From an uncultured Candidatus Binatia bacterium (GTDB taxonomy: Bacteria; Desulfobacterota; Binatia; Bin18): DNA of 64,000 nt. The position numbers and the translations under genes are program-made. The DNA is taken from contig OZ243961.1 in assembly GCA_965214605.1 (NCBI GenBank), positions 3,840,001 to 3,904,000 of the forward strand, given 5' to 3'. Shown piece after piece: positions 51,123-60,849 of this stretch. Each line of letters begins with the position of its first letter. Position 1 is the stretch's first letter. Under the pieces are notes generated by a model that was given only the letters and a program-made list of their open reading frames with translations, searched no databases and was not told the DNA's origin.

Positions 51123-51481
51123 CGAAGAGCCGCGCTTCTCATCTTCAGAGCCATATCCGACAAGTCTCTGTCCAAGTCTCGGGCTAAGGACTCTAGTTCG
51201 GCCTTCACATCTTCACTGTCTTTTGCATCGCGAAGTTTACAGGCTATCCTTCGCCACGCGCCCTCATCTACACTACGCCTGAGAAGGCCTCTGACCTGGA
51301 TGTCAGCAAGGTCGGGATCGGCATTATCCGCGAGCCGATCTAGCTCGTCGGCGAGCTTCTGGATGTCTTCCTGGTAGTTTCCTTCACCTTCCGTCAAGAG
51401 TCCCAGCAGGACGTTGTCAAGAAGATCACTAAACTCTCGCACATGTGCATATCGACTCGCATAGATTCCTGTATCGCTCAT
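51119..51481 (-). CDS. Argonaute-associated small acidic helical protein (120 aa)
   Basis: ATGA overlaps with both neighbours; amphipathic helical pattern. Confidence 0.7.
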   Translation of the reverse strand: MSDTGIYASRYAHVREFSDLLDNVLLGLLTEGEGNYQEDIQKLADELDRLADNADPDLADIQVRGLLRRSVDEGAWRRIACKLRDAKDSEDVKAELESLARDLDRDLSDMALKMRSAALR

Positions 51482-52979
51482 CCTGTTTCCTCCTCAATAG
51501 TGTACTCGGCGGGGACGAAGGCCGCCGGATCAAATTCACCAGCGTCACGCCGGAGAAGGCGATCATTCATCCGCAACGTGATTGGTTGTCGGCTGCACGT
51601 CCCTGGTTGGGTCCAAGCAAGACAGGACAGGAAAAAACATCCTCCGCAATTGTGTCCATTTCTCCATTACCGACAATTCTTTGGATATGTAAAGGATTCG
51701 CCGTTCCGTGGAATGAGAATGGCCACCCCGTTGTCGCGAGGTATCCTTCATTGTTGTCGGTCTGTAGCCAAGTGCCGATAGCGGGATTTACTATTCTAGA
51801 TTGATCGTTTCCATGGCGGAGTTCCGCATACAGGCGCATCGGTACCATGTTGTGTTTGCCAATCTCGACAACGGAGACATCTGCGGTGTCGGTGAGTAGG
51901 TCTTGCGACTTGAGAAAGTCTACCGCCTTGAGAATCCCACGACGTTCGCTATCAAACAAACGGCCATCGCGGTGAATCGTAACGGACTGTATCGCATGGT
52001 GTTGTGACGCGGACTCGGAACGCACGATCTCGACGAGGGAATGGGCCGCTTCTTCAGGCATGAGCTTTTCTGTCTGCCGAATACTCTGGGTCTCGAATCG
52101 GACCTGTGTCCCATATCCGCTGATAGCAAGCAGGCCGCAGAGCCCATTCTTCACATCAATACCGACGATCATTTCAGTATGGGTCGGGTCTGATAGGACA
52201 AACGGCCAGTGTCCGTTGTTGAGGAAGATGTGGTTCAGGGCAACATTCCGCAGATAGCCACGGCGTTTTCCGCGCCTACGTTCATCTGCTCTGTAGCGCC
52301 AGGTGCCATCGTTGTCCTTTTCCGCTCGATAACAAGGACGAGTCGACTCAGCATGAATCACGGCTGCATACAGCTCGAACTCGTCACGGAGTTGCCGAGT
52401 CAGGTAGGCAGCCAATGGATCTTCCTTTCGAGCCTCTCTACCGGGGCTCTCATGAACCATAACAAGAGCGTGGGCCGGCTCTGGTTTTGCTTGTCTGATG
52501 GCTTCTAGGATATATTCAGCCTGGCGCGCGAGACGCCTATTCCCTGTGTCATCGTAGACAATAATCTCCGGCCGATAGCCGTGATGGCCGGCGTACAGAC
52601 GACGGACTTGGTGATCCAGATTCTCGATAAACTGTTCGCCGTAGGTGTCCATAACACTGTGCGGCAATATAGCATACTGCCGCGCTAACGGATCATTGCT
52701 GTAGATTCCCGCTTCTCTGGACTCCAGCATCCGGATTCGCTGTTGCCCCCATTCTGGGAACTGACAGAAGTGCGAGGCGGAATCCCGTCGTACGGAGAGA
52801 GTCTTGTTTTGTCCAAAACGGAGATCAGGTACCAGAAACCTACGTGTTCGCCCCCGGACCCCCTGGTCCGCTAGCAAGAGCCGCACCCCATCAATTTCGA
52901 GACGATTGAGGTAACGTGAAACAGCCGCCCGACTCCGCCCCAGCCGCTCCTCTGGTTCAATGAGCGTGGCCGCCACCAA
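51478..52979 (-). pseudogene. Prokaryotic Argonaute (L2-MID-PIWI), 5'-truncated, one frameshift at A6 51632-51637
   Basis: IVGIDV, QTEKL, IHRDGR, GTANPL; shifted tail LSCLAWTQPGTCSRQPITLRMNDRLL. Confidence 0.88.
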
Positions 52980-53141
52980 GTACTCTATGCCGGAGCGGAT
53001 CGACGCCGCACCGGAGCGGCTAGCGGAAGTCGTACTTGGCGTAAAGCCTAAGAACCACTGGGATTATGAGGCCGCGACGGGGCGGACACGGACGCGGCAA
53101 TCGGGTTGATTTTGGTACACAGGTCTATAATTCCCTTTCGA
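52973..53141 (-). repeat. Right ~170-bp inverted repeat of the island
   Basis: Reverse complement of 24554-24722. Confidence 0.93.
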
Positions 53142-53152
53142 AAAGTCCTGGC

Positions 53153-54157
53153 TCATGAGCCAGGACGCCGGGCGACTTCCGGAACCTCTAGTATAATCTT
53201 GCCGAAATTCCGGTTGTCTTCCATGTACCGGTGAGCCTCGGCAGCTTGGGCTAGTGGAAAAACCGTATCAATAATCGGTTTGATTTTTCCCGCTGTGAGC
53301 AGCGGCAGCCAGTTTTGCTTAAAGCGCTTGGTGATTGCAATTTTCTCCTCAAGTGTGCGGCTGCGCAGCACCGAGCCGAAGATCTGGAGTCGTTTGGTCA
53401 GAATCAGACCTAGATTGGTCTCAACTTTCACCCCGCCCATCACCCCGACCAACACCAAACGGCCGCCGATCTTCAAGCTGCGCAGGTTCTTGTCCCAATA
53501 CGCCGCGCCGATGAAGTCCTCAATGACGTCCACGCCTTGTCCCTGAGTCAGCCCGCGGACCCACTCGGCAAAATCCTGGTCTTTATAGTTGCAGCCTACC
53601 TCCGCGCCGAGTTCGACACAGCGCCGAATTTTATCCGCAGATCCGGCGGTAATCAGAATCCGCGCGCCCCTCTCCCGAGCCATCTGGATGCCGGCCGTCC
53701 CCACCCCGCTCGCTCCAGCGTGGATCAGAATGGTCTCACCGGCGTTGAGACCGCCTAGGGTAAAGATCGTTTCTTGGGCGGTGAGGTAGACCTCGGGCAC
53801 TGCGGCGGCTTGGCTAAAGCTCCAGCCGTCCGGGATAGGTATGGCCATCCGCGCGTCAATGACGGCCTTCTCGGCATAACCGCCGCTCCCAACCAGACCA
53901 AAAACACGGTCGCCTAGCCCAAAGTCGTGCACGGCTGAACCGACCGCTTCCACCTCACCGGCCAGTTCCAGACCTAGGATGTCTGATTCTCCGGGTGGTG
54001 GCGGGTAGGCGCCGATACGCTGCATGGTATCGGCACGGTTGAGGGCAGAGGCGCGGACCCGAACGAGCAGTTGATTTGGGCTCGGGGCCGGGTCGGCGAC
54101 ATCGGTAAGCCCTAAGACCTCAGGTCCACCGGGTTTTGTAAAAGTGATAGCTTTCAT
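53153..54157 (-). CDS. NAD(P)H-quinone oxidoreductase, PIG3 family
   Basis: LNRADTMQR.G.YPPP, HAGASGVG, NFGKIIL. Confidence 0.92.
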   Translation of the reverse strand: MKAITFTKPGGPEVLGLTDVADPAPSPNQLLVRVRASALNRADTMQRIGAYPPPPGESDILGLELAGEVEAVGSAVHDFGLGDRVFGLVGSGGYAEKAVIDARMAIPIPDGWSFSQAAAVPEVYLTAQETIFTLGGLNAGETILIHAGASGVGTAGIQMARERGARILITAGSADKIRRCVELGAEVGCNYKDQDFAEWVRGLTQGQGVDVIEDFIGAAYWDKNLRSLKIGGRLVLVGVMGGVKVETNLGLILTKRLQIFGSVLRSRTLEEKIAITKRFKQNWLPLLTAGKIKPIIDTVFPLAQAAEAHRYMEDNRNFGKIILEVPEVARRPGS

Positions 54158-54165
54158 AGCTGGGG

Positions 54166-54957
54166 CTACTTTCCCTTAAAGGTCGGCTTACGTTTTTCCA
54201 TAAACGCCCTCACCCCCTCGGCAAAATCGGGTGACTGGGCCGAGATCGTAATGGAGCGCGCTTCGTTGTGGAGCTGTTCTTGGAAAGAACTGCCAAAGCT
54301 CTGGTTTAACAGCAGCTTGGTCCGACCAAACGCCGCGGTCGGTCCTTGGGCCAACTCATCGGCTAGGCGCATGGCCTCCTCCAAGACGTTTGCGGGAGGG
54401 ACGACCGTGGTGGCCAAGCCGAGATCGAGCGCTTCCTGGGCCGATACCGAGGTGTTGCGCATAAACAGTTCCGTGGCCTTTCCCATACCGACAAAACGGG
54501 GCAAAAAGAAGGTCGAGCTGGAGTCTGGACTGGCCCCAATGCCGAGAAAAGCGGTGACGAGGCTGGCCTTGGCAGACATAATCCGAAAATCGCAGGCCAG
54601 GGCTAAGCCTAGCCCCCCGCCTGCCGCCACGCCGTTCAGCGCGGCAATCACCGGCTTTTGAATCTCGCGGACCAGAGAAATCGCCGCGTGCAGCATAGGC
54701 ATCATCTTTTCAAAGCTGGGTCCGATCGTTTGGGTTTTGAGCTCACTGACAAAAAACTTGATATCTCCCCCACCGCTAAAAGCCCGACCGTTGCCGGTCA
54801 GAATAACCGCCCGGACATCCGTCTCATCGGCGCACTCCTGGAGAGACCGGCGTAAGTCAATCGACAGGGCGGCGTTCATGACGTTGAACTGCTCGGGGCG
54901 GTTGAGGGTAATGGTGGCAACATGACCTTGGCGTTCTAACAGGACGGCATCTCCCAT
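54166..54957 (-). CDS. Enoyl-CoA hydratase/isomerase (PaaG-like)
   Basis: AFSGGGD, AAGGG.GLALACD, SPD..STFFLPR. Confidence 0.9.
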   Translation of the reverse strand: MGDAVLLERQGHVATITLNRPEQFNVMNAALSIDLRRSLQECADETDVRAVILTGNGRAFSGGGDIKFFVSELKTQTIGPSFEKMMPMLHAAISLVREIQKPVIAALNGVAAGGGLGLALACDFRIMSAKASLVTAFLGIGASPDSSSTFFLPRFVGMGKATELFMRNTSVSAQEALDLGLATTVVPPANVLEEAMRLADELAQGPTAAFGRTKLLLNQSFGSSFQEQLHNEARSITISAQSPDFAEGVRAFMEKRKPTFKGK

Positions 54958-55087
54958 CGTGTTCTCCTTCTCGTGCATCGGTGGTCCTGCCGCTTACCCG
55001 CTTGACTGGGCGGACAGGATCATCGAACATATTCCAGCTCTGACCCCATATAAAATTCTCGTCGCTAGCGAAAGAGAGGAGCCGTGT

Positions 55088-55537
55088 ATGCCGGTCAAAC
55101 AAACCACCCCGCCCCAAGCCTATCAGACCCTGAGCACTGATCCGTCGGTCATCTATCTCGACGTGCGGACCGAGGCCGAATTTACCGCTGGTCATCCTGA
55201 AGGGGCAATTAATATTCCGGTCGTCTTTTTTGATCTGACTACCCGACAGCCGAGCCCGAATCCAAATTTTCAGGCGATTGTCGAGGCGAATATTGCCAAA
55301 GGGGTGGCGGTGATTGTCGGCTGCCAGGCGGGTGGACGCTCCCAACGCGCGGCCGAGATCATGGAGCAGGCCGGCTATAGCAATGTCACAAATATGCAGG
55401 GCGGGTTTGGTGGCGGGCAGAACCCGGCCGGTCGGGTGGTGGCGGGATGGCGCGATGCCGGGCTGCCGATCGGTACCGATAACGGCAACGGGGTCAGCTA
55501 CGCCTCCCTGGCTGCCAAAGCGGGGCTCGAGGGATAG
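55088..55537 (+). CDS. Rhodanese-like protein
   Basis: LDVRT..EF..GH..GA.NIP, CQAGGRS. Confidence 0.9.
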   Translation: MPVKQTTPPQAYQTLSTDPSVIYLDVRTEAEFTAGHPEGAINIPVVFFDLTTRQPSPNPNFQAIVEANIAKGVAVIVGCQAGGRSQRAAEIMEQAGYSNVTNMQGGFGGGQNPAGRVVAGWRDAGLPIGTDNGNGVSYASLAAKAGLEG

Positions 55538-55953
55538 TCTGCGAAAACCGACTCGACCCGGCTTCGATTGACTGCCAGGCGTGAGGATGCTTGGGTAATT
55601 CGGATACAAGCACGGCACCTCTCCCATCCGAGACACACGCTTTCGTGCAAGAGTTGACCTCGCTCTGTTGGAAGCGCGGGCCACAGGGCCCGCGCGTTCA
55701 CCGGCGACCCTGATTCGGTGACAAATGCCGACAAAACAAGACCTCAGTGAGAAGCCCGCCTCAGCGGCGATGTGAGAGAGCTAGGGGTGCGCCTCAAGCC
55801 TCACTCAACACCGCACGGCTCGGGGCTTGATGACGGTAGCGGCTGTCGGCGTTGTCGCCGCGTGGCTGCTAATGAGTGTGAGTATTGCAGACCGCTCCGA
55901 GGGTTCTTGATGCGGTTCCCCTTCACCTTTTCGACGATTGCGGCGCGGGTCCG

Positions 55954-56964
55954 CTACTCGGCCAGACACTCCTTAATCGCCCGGTCAATAAAATCGGTGT
56001 CAACCGGATTAATACCAGCCCCACAGAAGTGGCCCCAGATGGACGGTACGGCCTTCAAGATCGCGTTCGGCATGCACGCCACCTCTGCCTCGCTATCCTC
56101 GGGTGGAAAATACAAATCGGTCTGGCCCGGCATAACGACCGCACGGGCGGTGATGGAGGCCAGCGCTTTCTTGTGGTCGCCGCCAAATCCGGGCGTATCC
56201 CCGACATTGTGCGTTTGCCAGGTCTTGGCCTGAGACAATAGATCGTTGGCATCGCACTGTAGAAAGAAGGTCTCCCAAAAGCGGACCAGAAAATCTTCGA
56301 CGCTCGGATGTCCAATCTGTTTGTTTAACTCCTGCCGATACCAGGCCTGAGAGAACCCCCAGCCGGCATACACCCGAGCCATAGCGCGCAGCCCGCGGTC
56401 CGGGGCGGCCTCATACGCGCCGCCGTTCCAGGCGGCGTCGGCTTTTAAGGCCGAGGTAAAGCCCTCGATAAAAACGTGGGTGTGGGGCGTGGTTCGCGCC
56501 GCACCGCACAGCGGCACTATCCGTTCCACCATAGCCGGATGGCTCACCGCCCACTGAAAGGTTTGCTGGGCGCCCATAGAGAAGCCAGCAACGAGGGCCA
56601 GCCTCTCTATGCCGAGCTGGTTGTGGACTAGGCGGTATTGGGCCGCGACGTTGTCCCGGATGGTAATTGCCGGAAAGTGTGGACCGTTCAGCGGCGAGGG
56701 AGTGGTACTGGGCGATGAGGACAGCCCGTTGGCAAACATGTTGACGGCAATAATGCAGTAGCGGCTTGGGTCGAGACAGCGACCCGGCTGAATGAGAAAC
56801 TCATAGCCGGTGTGGTCGCCGCTATACCAGGACGGAATCAGGATGGCGTTGCTCTTTTGACCGTTCAACTCGCCATGTATCCTGTAGGCCAACTTCGCAT
56901 CGGGCAGTATCTGGCCGCATTCCAAAGGAAAGTGTCCGAGCGAAAAAAGATCATGGTCTGGCAT
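55954..56964 (-). CDS. Homoserine O-acetyltransferase-like alpha/beta hydrolase
   Basis: GFSMGA, DLYFPP, SIWGH. Confidence 0.85.
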   Translation of the reverse strand: MPDHDLFSLGHFPLECGQILPDAKLAYRIHGELNGQKSNAILIPSWYSGDHTGYEFLIQPGRCLDPSRYCIIAVNMFANGLSSSPSTTPSPLNGPHFPAITIRDNVAAQYRLVHNQLGIERLALVAGFSMGAQQTFQWAVSHPAMVERIVPLCGAARTTPHTHVFIEGFTSALKADAAWNGGAYEAAPDRGLRAMARVYAGWGFSQAWYRQELNKQIGHPSVEDFLVRFWETFFLQCDANDLLSQAKTWQTHNVGDTPGFGGDHKKALASITARAVVMPGQTDLYFPPEDSEAEVACMPNAILKAVPSIWGHFCGAGINPVDTDFIDRAIKECLAE

Positions 56965-57706
56965 TTGTATCCCTCTGTGTGTCTTCCAACACTTTCAAGT
57001 AGGCCTGGACCGCATTCTCTAGTCCCATGTCCAAGGCATCACAAATCAAGGCATGCCCAATCGACACTTCGAGCAGGTTTGGGATGTGCTGCACAAAATA
57101 GGGGAGATTGTCCAGATTCAAATCGTGTCCGGCATTGAGTCCCAGATCAACCGCCTGGGCCGTCAGGGCGGCCTGATGATAGGGGTGAAAGCCATGCTCT
57201 CGTTCCGGGCTGCCGAACAGACGCGCGTAGCGTTCGGTGTACAGCTCGATCCGCTCCGCGCCGAGGTCTTTTGCCCGTCGGACTTGGTCGGGGTCGGGAT
57301 CAAGGAACAGGCTGGTCCGAATACCGTTGTTGCTCAGTCGCTTCAGGATAGCACTCAACCATTGCGTATCACCGTCCAAATTCCAGCCCTGATCTGAGGT
57401 CAAGACATCAGGACCATCCGGGACCAGGGTACACTGAGTCGGACGCACCTCGCATACCAAGTTCAGCAGTTCGGGCGAAGGGTAGCCTTCGATGTTGAAC
57501 TCCGCCTCTTGTTCGGCCAGCATGCCCCCCAAGTCGTACACGTCCTGGTACCGAATATGGCGTGCGTCAGGGCGTGGATGCACAGTAATGCCGTGGCAGC
57601 CGGCCTTGATACACGTTTGGGCGGCTTGGGCAACGTTTGGTCGGGCGCCTCCCCGGGCGTTGCGCAGCGTGGCGATTTTGTTGACGTTGACGCTGAGTTG
57701 CACCAT
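56951..57706 (-). CDS. pdxJ: Pyridoxine 5'-phosphate synthase
   Basis: LSVNVNKIATLRNAR, ITVHPRPD.RHI, NAGHDL, EVSIGH. Confidence 0.96.
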   Translation of the reverse strand: MVQLSVNVNKIATLRNARGGARPNVAQAAQTCIKAGCHGITVHPRPDARHIRYQDVYDLGGMLAEQEAEFNIEGYPSPELLNLVCEVRPTQCTLVPDGPDVLTSDQGWNLDGDTQWLSAILKRLSNNGIRTSLFLDPDPDQVRRAKDLGAERIELYTERYARLFGSPEREHGFHPYHQAALTAQAVDLGLNAGHDLNLDNLPYFVQHIPNLLEVSIGHALICDALDMGLENAVQAYLKVLEDTQRDTNARP

Positions 57707-57811
57707 TGTCTGACCCCGAATGAGCTCCTTGTTGTGACGGCTTGTGGGAAGAGCGGGCGTTTGGTGTATTATGTCCTTCTACCCCCGATATGCAAAGGGG
57801 AGGGAGAACGC

Positions 57812-59005
57812 ATGGACTCATATCTCCACGAACTCACACGGCGCCTGATCGCCTACAATACGGTCAGTCTCAACACCAATGCTCCAGCCATGGATTATCT
57901 TGGTGAACAACTGGAAGGGCACGGTTTTCGGGTGGTACTGCAACGGACCGAGGTGGGCGGTGCGCAAAAAGTCAACCTGACCGCTTGTGCCGGGCCGCCC
58001 GAACCGGATGGGCTGATTATTTCCGGCCATGTGGACACGGTTCCCTTTGCAGACCAGCCGGGCTGGACCCGCGATCCCCTGCGGCTTGGGATTGAAGACG
58101 ACCGGGTATACGGCCGGGGAACCTCGGACATGAAAGCGTTTATCGCTCAGTGTGTGGATGCGGCAGCCCAGCTTGAGCTGAGCACGCTCGCCCGCCCACT
58201 GGTGTTTGTGTTTACCGCAGATGAAGAAGTCGGGATGCTCGGCGCCGAGCGGCTGCTGCCGGACTTACCGCTGGCCCTGCGTGACCTTCCCCGGCCCCGC
58301 TTGGCCTGGATCGGCGAGCCGACCTCGGATCAGGTGTTTCATACTCACAAAGGCGTTGCTCTGGTGACGATCACAGTGCATGGCCGAGGCGGCCACAGCA
58401 GTGTGCCGGAAAAAGGAGCGAACGCGATTGCAGTGGCCGGTAGGGTTATTGAGGCGATCGGTCGCTACCAGGCTGAGCTGCGGACCCAAGCCTCGGCCGA
58501 ATTTGCCACTCTGTTTCCCGAGGCACCCTACACCAGCCTCAATTTCGGTTTGATTCGAGGGGGCACCGCAGCCAACATGATTGCCGAACAATGCACCCTG
58601 CTGCTCAGCTACCGCCCGCTACCGCGAACCGATCCCACCGAGCTCTATGAGGAGATCGTCCGCCGCGTTCGAGCTGTCGATACTCGCGATTACGGCTCTG
58701 AGCTGCGGCCGACCATCGAGGTGGGCGACCCCTTTATTGCCCCGCCCCTCTTATCGCCGCGCCACACTCCGCTGGAACGGGTATTGTTTGCCGAATTCGA
58801 CACCACAACAAGCGGCGGTGCGCCGTTTGGCACCGACGGCTGCCAGTTCGCCCGAGCCGGGATTGATTCCCTGATTTGCGGACCCGGTGATCTCGACCAG
58901 GCTCATCAGCCAAACGAGAGCATCCGGCGCGAGGCTTTTGAGGCCGGCTCGCAGCATATTCTGTCGATTATTCATAAGATGTGTGTGGTGCAACAGCCTC
59001 TCTGA
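57812..59005 (+). CDS. argE: Acetylornithine deacetylase-like M20 hydrolase
   Basis: SGHVDTVP, GRGTSDMK, DEEVG, GEPT, AHQPNE. Confidence 0.8.
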   Translation: MDSYLHELTRRLIAYNTVSLNTNAPAMDYLGEQLEGHGFRVVLQRTEVGGAQKVNLTACAGPPEPDGLIISGHVDTVPFADQPGWTRDPLRLGIEDDRVYGRGTSDMKAFIAQCVDAAAQLELSTLARPLVFVFTADEEVGMLGAERLLPDLPLALRDLPRPRLAWIGEPTSDQVFHTHKGVALVTITVHGRGGHSSVPEKGANAIAVAGRVIEAIGRYQAELRTQASAEFATLFPEAPYTSLNFGLIRGGTAANMIAEQCTLLLSYRPLPRTDPTELYEEIVRRVRAVDTRDYGSELRPTIEVGDPFIAPPLLSPRHTPLERVLFAEFDTTTSGGAPFGTDGCQFARAGIDSLICGPGDLDQAHQPNESIRREAFEAGSQHILSIIHKMCVVQQPL

Positions 59006-59015
59006 GGAGGGCGGT

Positions 59016-60107
59016 ATGAAAGCGAACGTTGCCATCTTTGGCGGGGCCAGGAAGGCCATGGAATTTCGGGAATATCCCCTCCCGGACGTGGGTCCGGAAG
59101 ATATGCTGGTCAAAATCCACCGCGCAAATATTTGTGGATCCGATCTCCACCTGTGGCGTGGCGCTGGTCCGGGTATGCCGAGAGGTCGGGCGGTTGTGTC
59201 TGGGCACGAAATGGTCGGCACGCTCTCCCGTCTGGGCAGAGCCGTCCGGCGAGATTGTTTGAGCCAGCCTTTGGCTGAGGGCGACCGGGTGGCCTATACC
59301 TACTTTATTCCGTGCGGTACTTGCCCGGCCTGTCTGCACGGCTCCTCGGCCTGCCCCAACCGCTACCGTCACTGGATGCGTGACGCAGATGAGCCACCGC
59401 ATTTTCGTGGCGCCTACGGCGAGTATTATTATCTGCGCAAGGGCCAGACCGTGTGCAAAGTCCCGCCCGAGCTGAGTGACGCAGCGGTTTCGCCGGTCAA
59501 CTGTGCGTTGTGCGAATCCTTGTACGGCCTCGATCAGATCGGCCTGCAACTCGGCGATACGATTGTGATTCAGGGGGCTGGCGGATTGGGCCTGTACGCG
59601 GCGGCTCTGGCCAAAGACATGGGGGCCGCTCAGGTCATCATCTTTGACCGTCTGCCCGACCGCTTAGCCCTAGCCAAAGAGTTTGGTGCCGATATCGCGG
59701 TCAACATCGATGAGGTCGACCAAAAGGTGCGCCGTGAGCTGGTATTTGATCATACCCGGGGGCATGGTGCCGACGTGGTGGCGGAGTTCGTCGGCGCCCC
59801 GCACGCCGTAGACGAGGGGGTCCGGCTGTTGCGTCAGGCCGGTCGCTACTTTTGGGTGGGGAATATTACGCCCGGCCCGCAGTCCAGCCTTGATCCCGGG
59901 ACTGTTGTGCGGGGTGGCCAAACGATTCGGGGCGTGACGGTCTATGAGCCGTGGGTGCTCCCGCGCGCCCTCGACTGGCTGGCGCGGCGTAAAGACGCCT
60001 ATCCATTTGACCGGATTATTTCGCACACCTTCCCCTTTGTCGAGATTAACCAGGCGTTTCTGTTTGCCGATGACGGCAGAGCGATCCGGGTGTCGTTAGA
60101 GATGTAA
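59016..60107 (+). CDS. Zinc-binding alcohol dehydrogenase
   Basis: CGSD, GHE, CxxCxxC..C, GAGGLG. Confidence 0.92.
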   Translation: MKANVAIFGGARKAMEFREYPLPDVGPEDMLVKIHRANICGSDLHLWRGAGPGMPRGRAVVSGHEMVGTLSRLGRAVRRDCLSQPLAEGDRVAYTYFIPCGTCPACLHGSSACPNRYRHWMRDADEPPHFRGAYGEYYYLRKGQTVCKVPPELSDAAVSPVNCALCESLYGLDQIGLQLGDTIVIQGAGGLGLYAAALAKDMGAAQVIIFDRLPDRLALAKEFGADIAVNIDEVDQKVRRELVFDHTRGHGADVVAEFVGAPHAVDEGVRLLRQAGRYFWVGNITPGPQSSLDPGTVVRGGQTIRGVTVYEPWVLPRALDWLARRKDAYPFDRIISHTFPFVEINQAFLFADDGRAIRVSLEM

Positions 60108-60231
60108 AGACCCTCGCCCTTGATAACGGATCTGTGCTAGGGTGCTGGGTTTTATAGAAGAACCAACTCCATTGCTCGCGTGCTGGGGGCGAACGCCACG
60201 ACCGCGTGATTTGCCCCAGGAGGCTATAAGT

Positions 60232-60834
60232 ATGTCCACAGCCGCTCCCTTCGCACCGATGGCCCTTTTCCACCGCCAGCTGCGGCCTGTCCTCAATGTG
60301 GACGAATTTTTTGTATTCCGTCGGCTTCATCTGGACCTGCGCCTTGAGAGGACAGCAGAAGGAGAGTGAGTGATGATGTCCTCAACCGCAGGAGAGGCGG
60401 GGAACCGAAAGGCACGTCTTAGCACCGCTCTCACGCTGTGGGCTCTGACCGATGGCAGCAGAGAACCTGTTCTCTCCTCTATCGGCTTCATCCTTGGAGC
60501 GCCGTACTCGCCAGGCGCCGCCTGGGTGAAATGCTCCTGCCTGGCCGGGCTGAGGCCTGAGCAGAAAAAAAAGTTTCTGGCGCTGCGTCCCGATTTCCCG
60601 ATTGAACTCCATTTGCCGTTGGACAACGTAGGGGCGCTCCAAGAAAAAATACGGGAGTATCCGGCCAATGGCCGACGCTTGAGATGGTTGCTCGACCCGT
60701 TTGACCACCGCGTTTCCGTCCACTGTTCTGTCGTGGGGTGTTTAGAGAATCCACTTCCACCTTGGGCAATCCAGAACTCCCAGGGCGCATTTTCGATCTC
60801 ACCCGTATCTGGGAGGAGAATTTCTGAGGCATAA
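60232..60834 (+). pseudogene. Uma2-family endonuclease remnant
   Basis: LRLERTAEGE then stop; PDF.IEL, LQEK..EY..NG.RL.WLLDP. Confidence 0.75.
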
Positions 60835-60849
60835 TTGAGGAGGACAACA

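Larger units (their letters stand above)
24554..53141. mobile_element. 28.6-kb accessory/defence island bounded by inverted repeats
   Basis: Terminal IRs, recombinases, IS remnants, ArdC, TA and defence genes; mixed GC; intact housekeeping genes on both sides. Confidence 0.75.

Noticed and set aside
51567-52979. Short pAgo (SPARTA/SPARSA type)
   Set aside because: Catalytic tetrad is intact, no APAZ partner is visible and the start codon comes from the inverted repeat.
24540-53155. Target-site duplication outside the inverted repeats
   Set aside because: Flanks (ggcatcgta and aaagtcctg) show no direct repeat.
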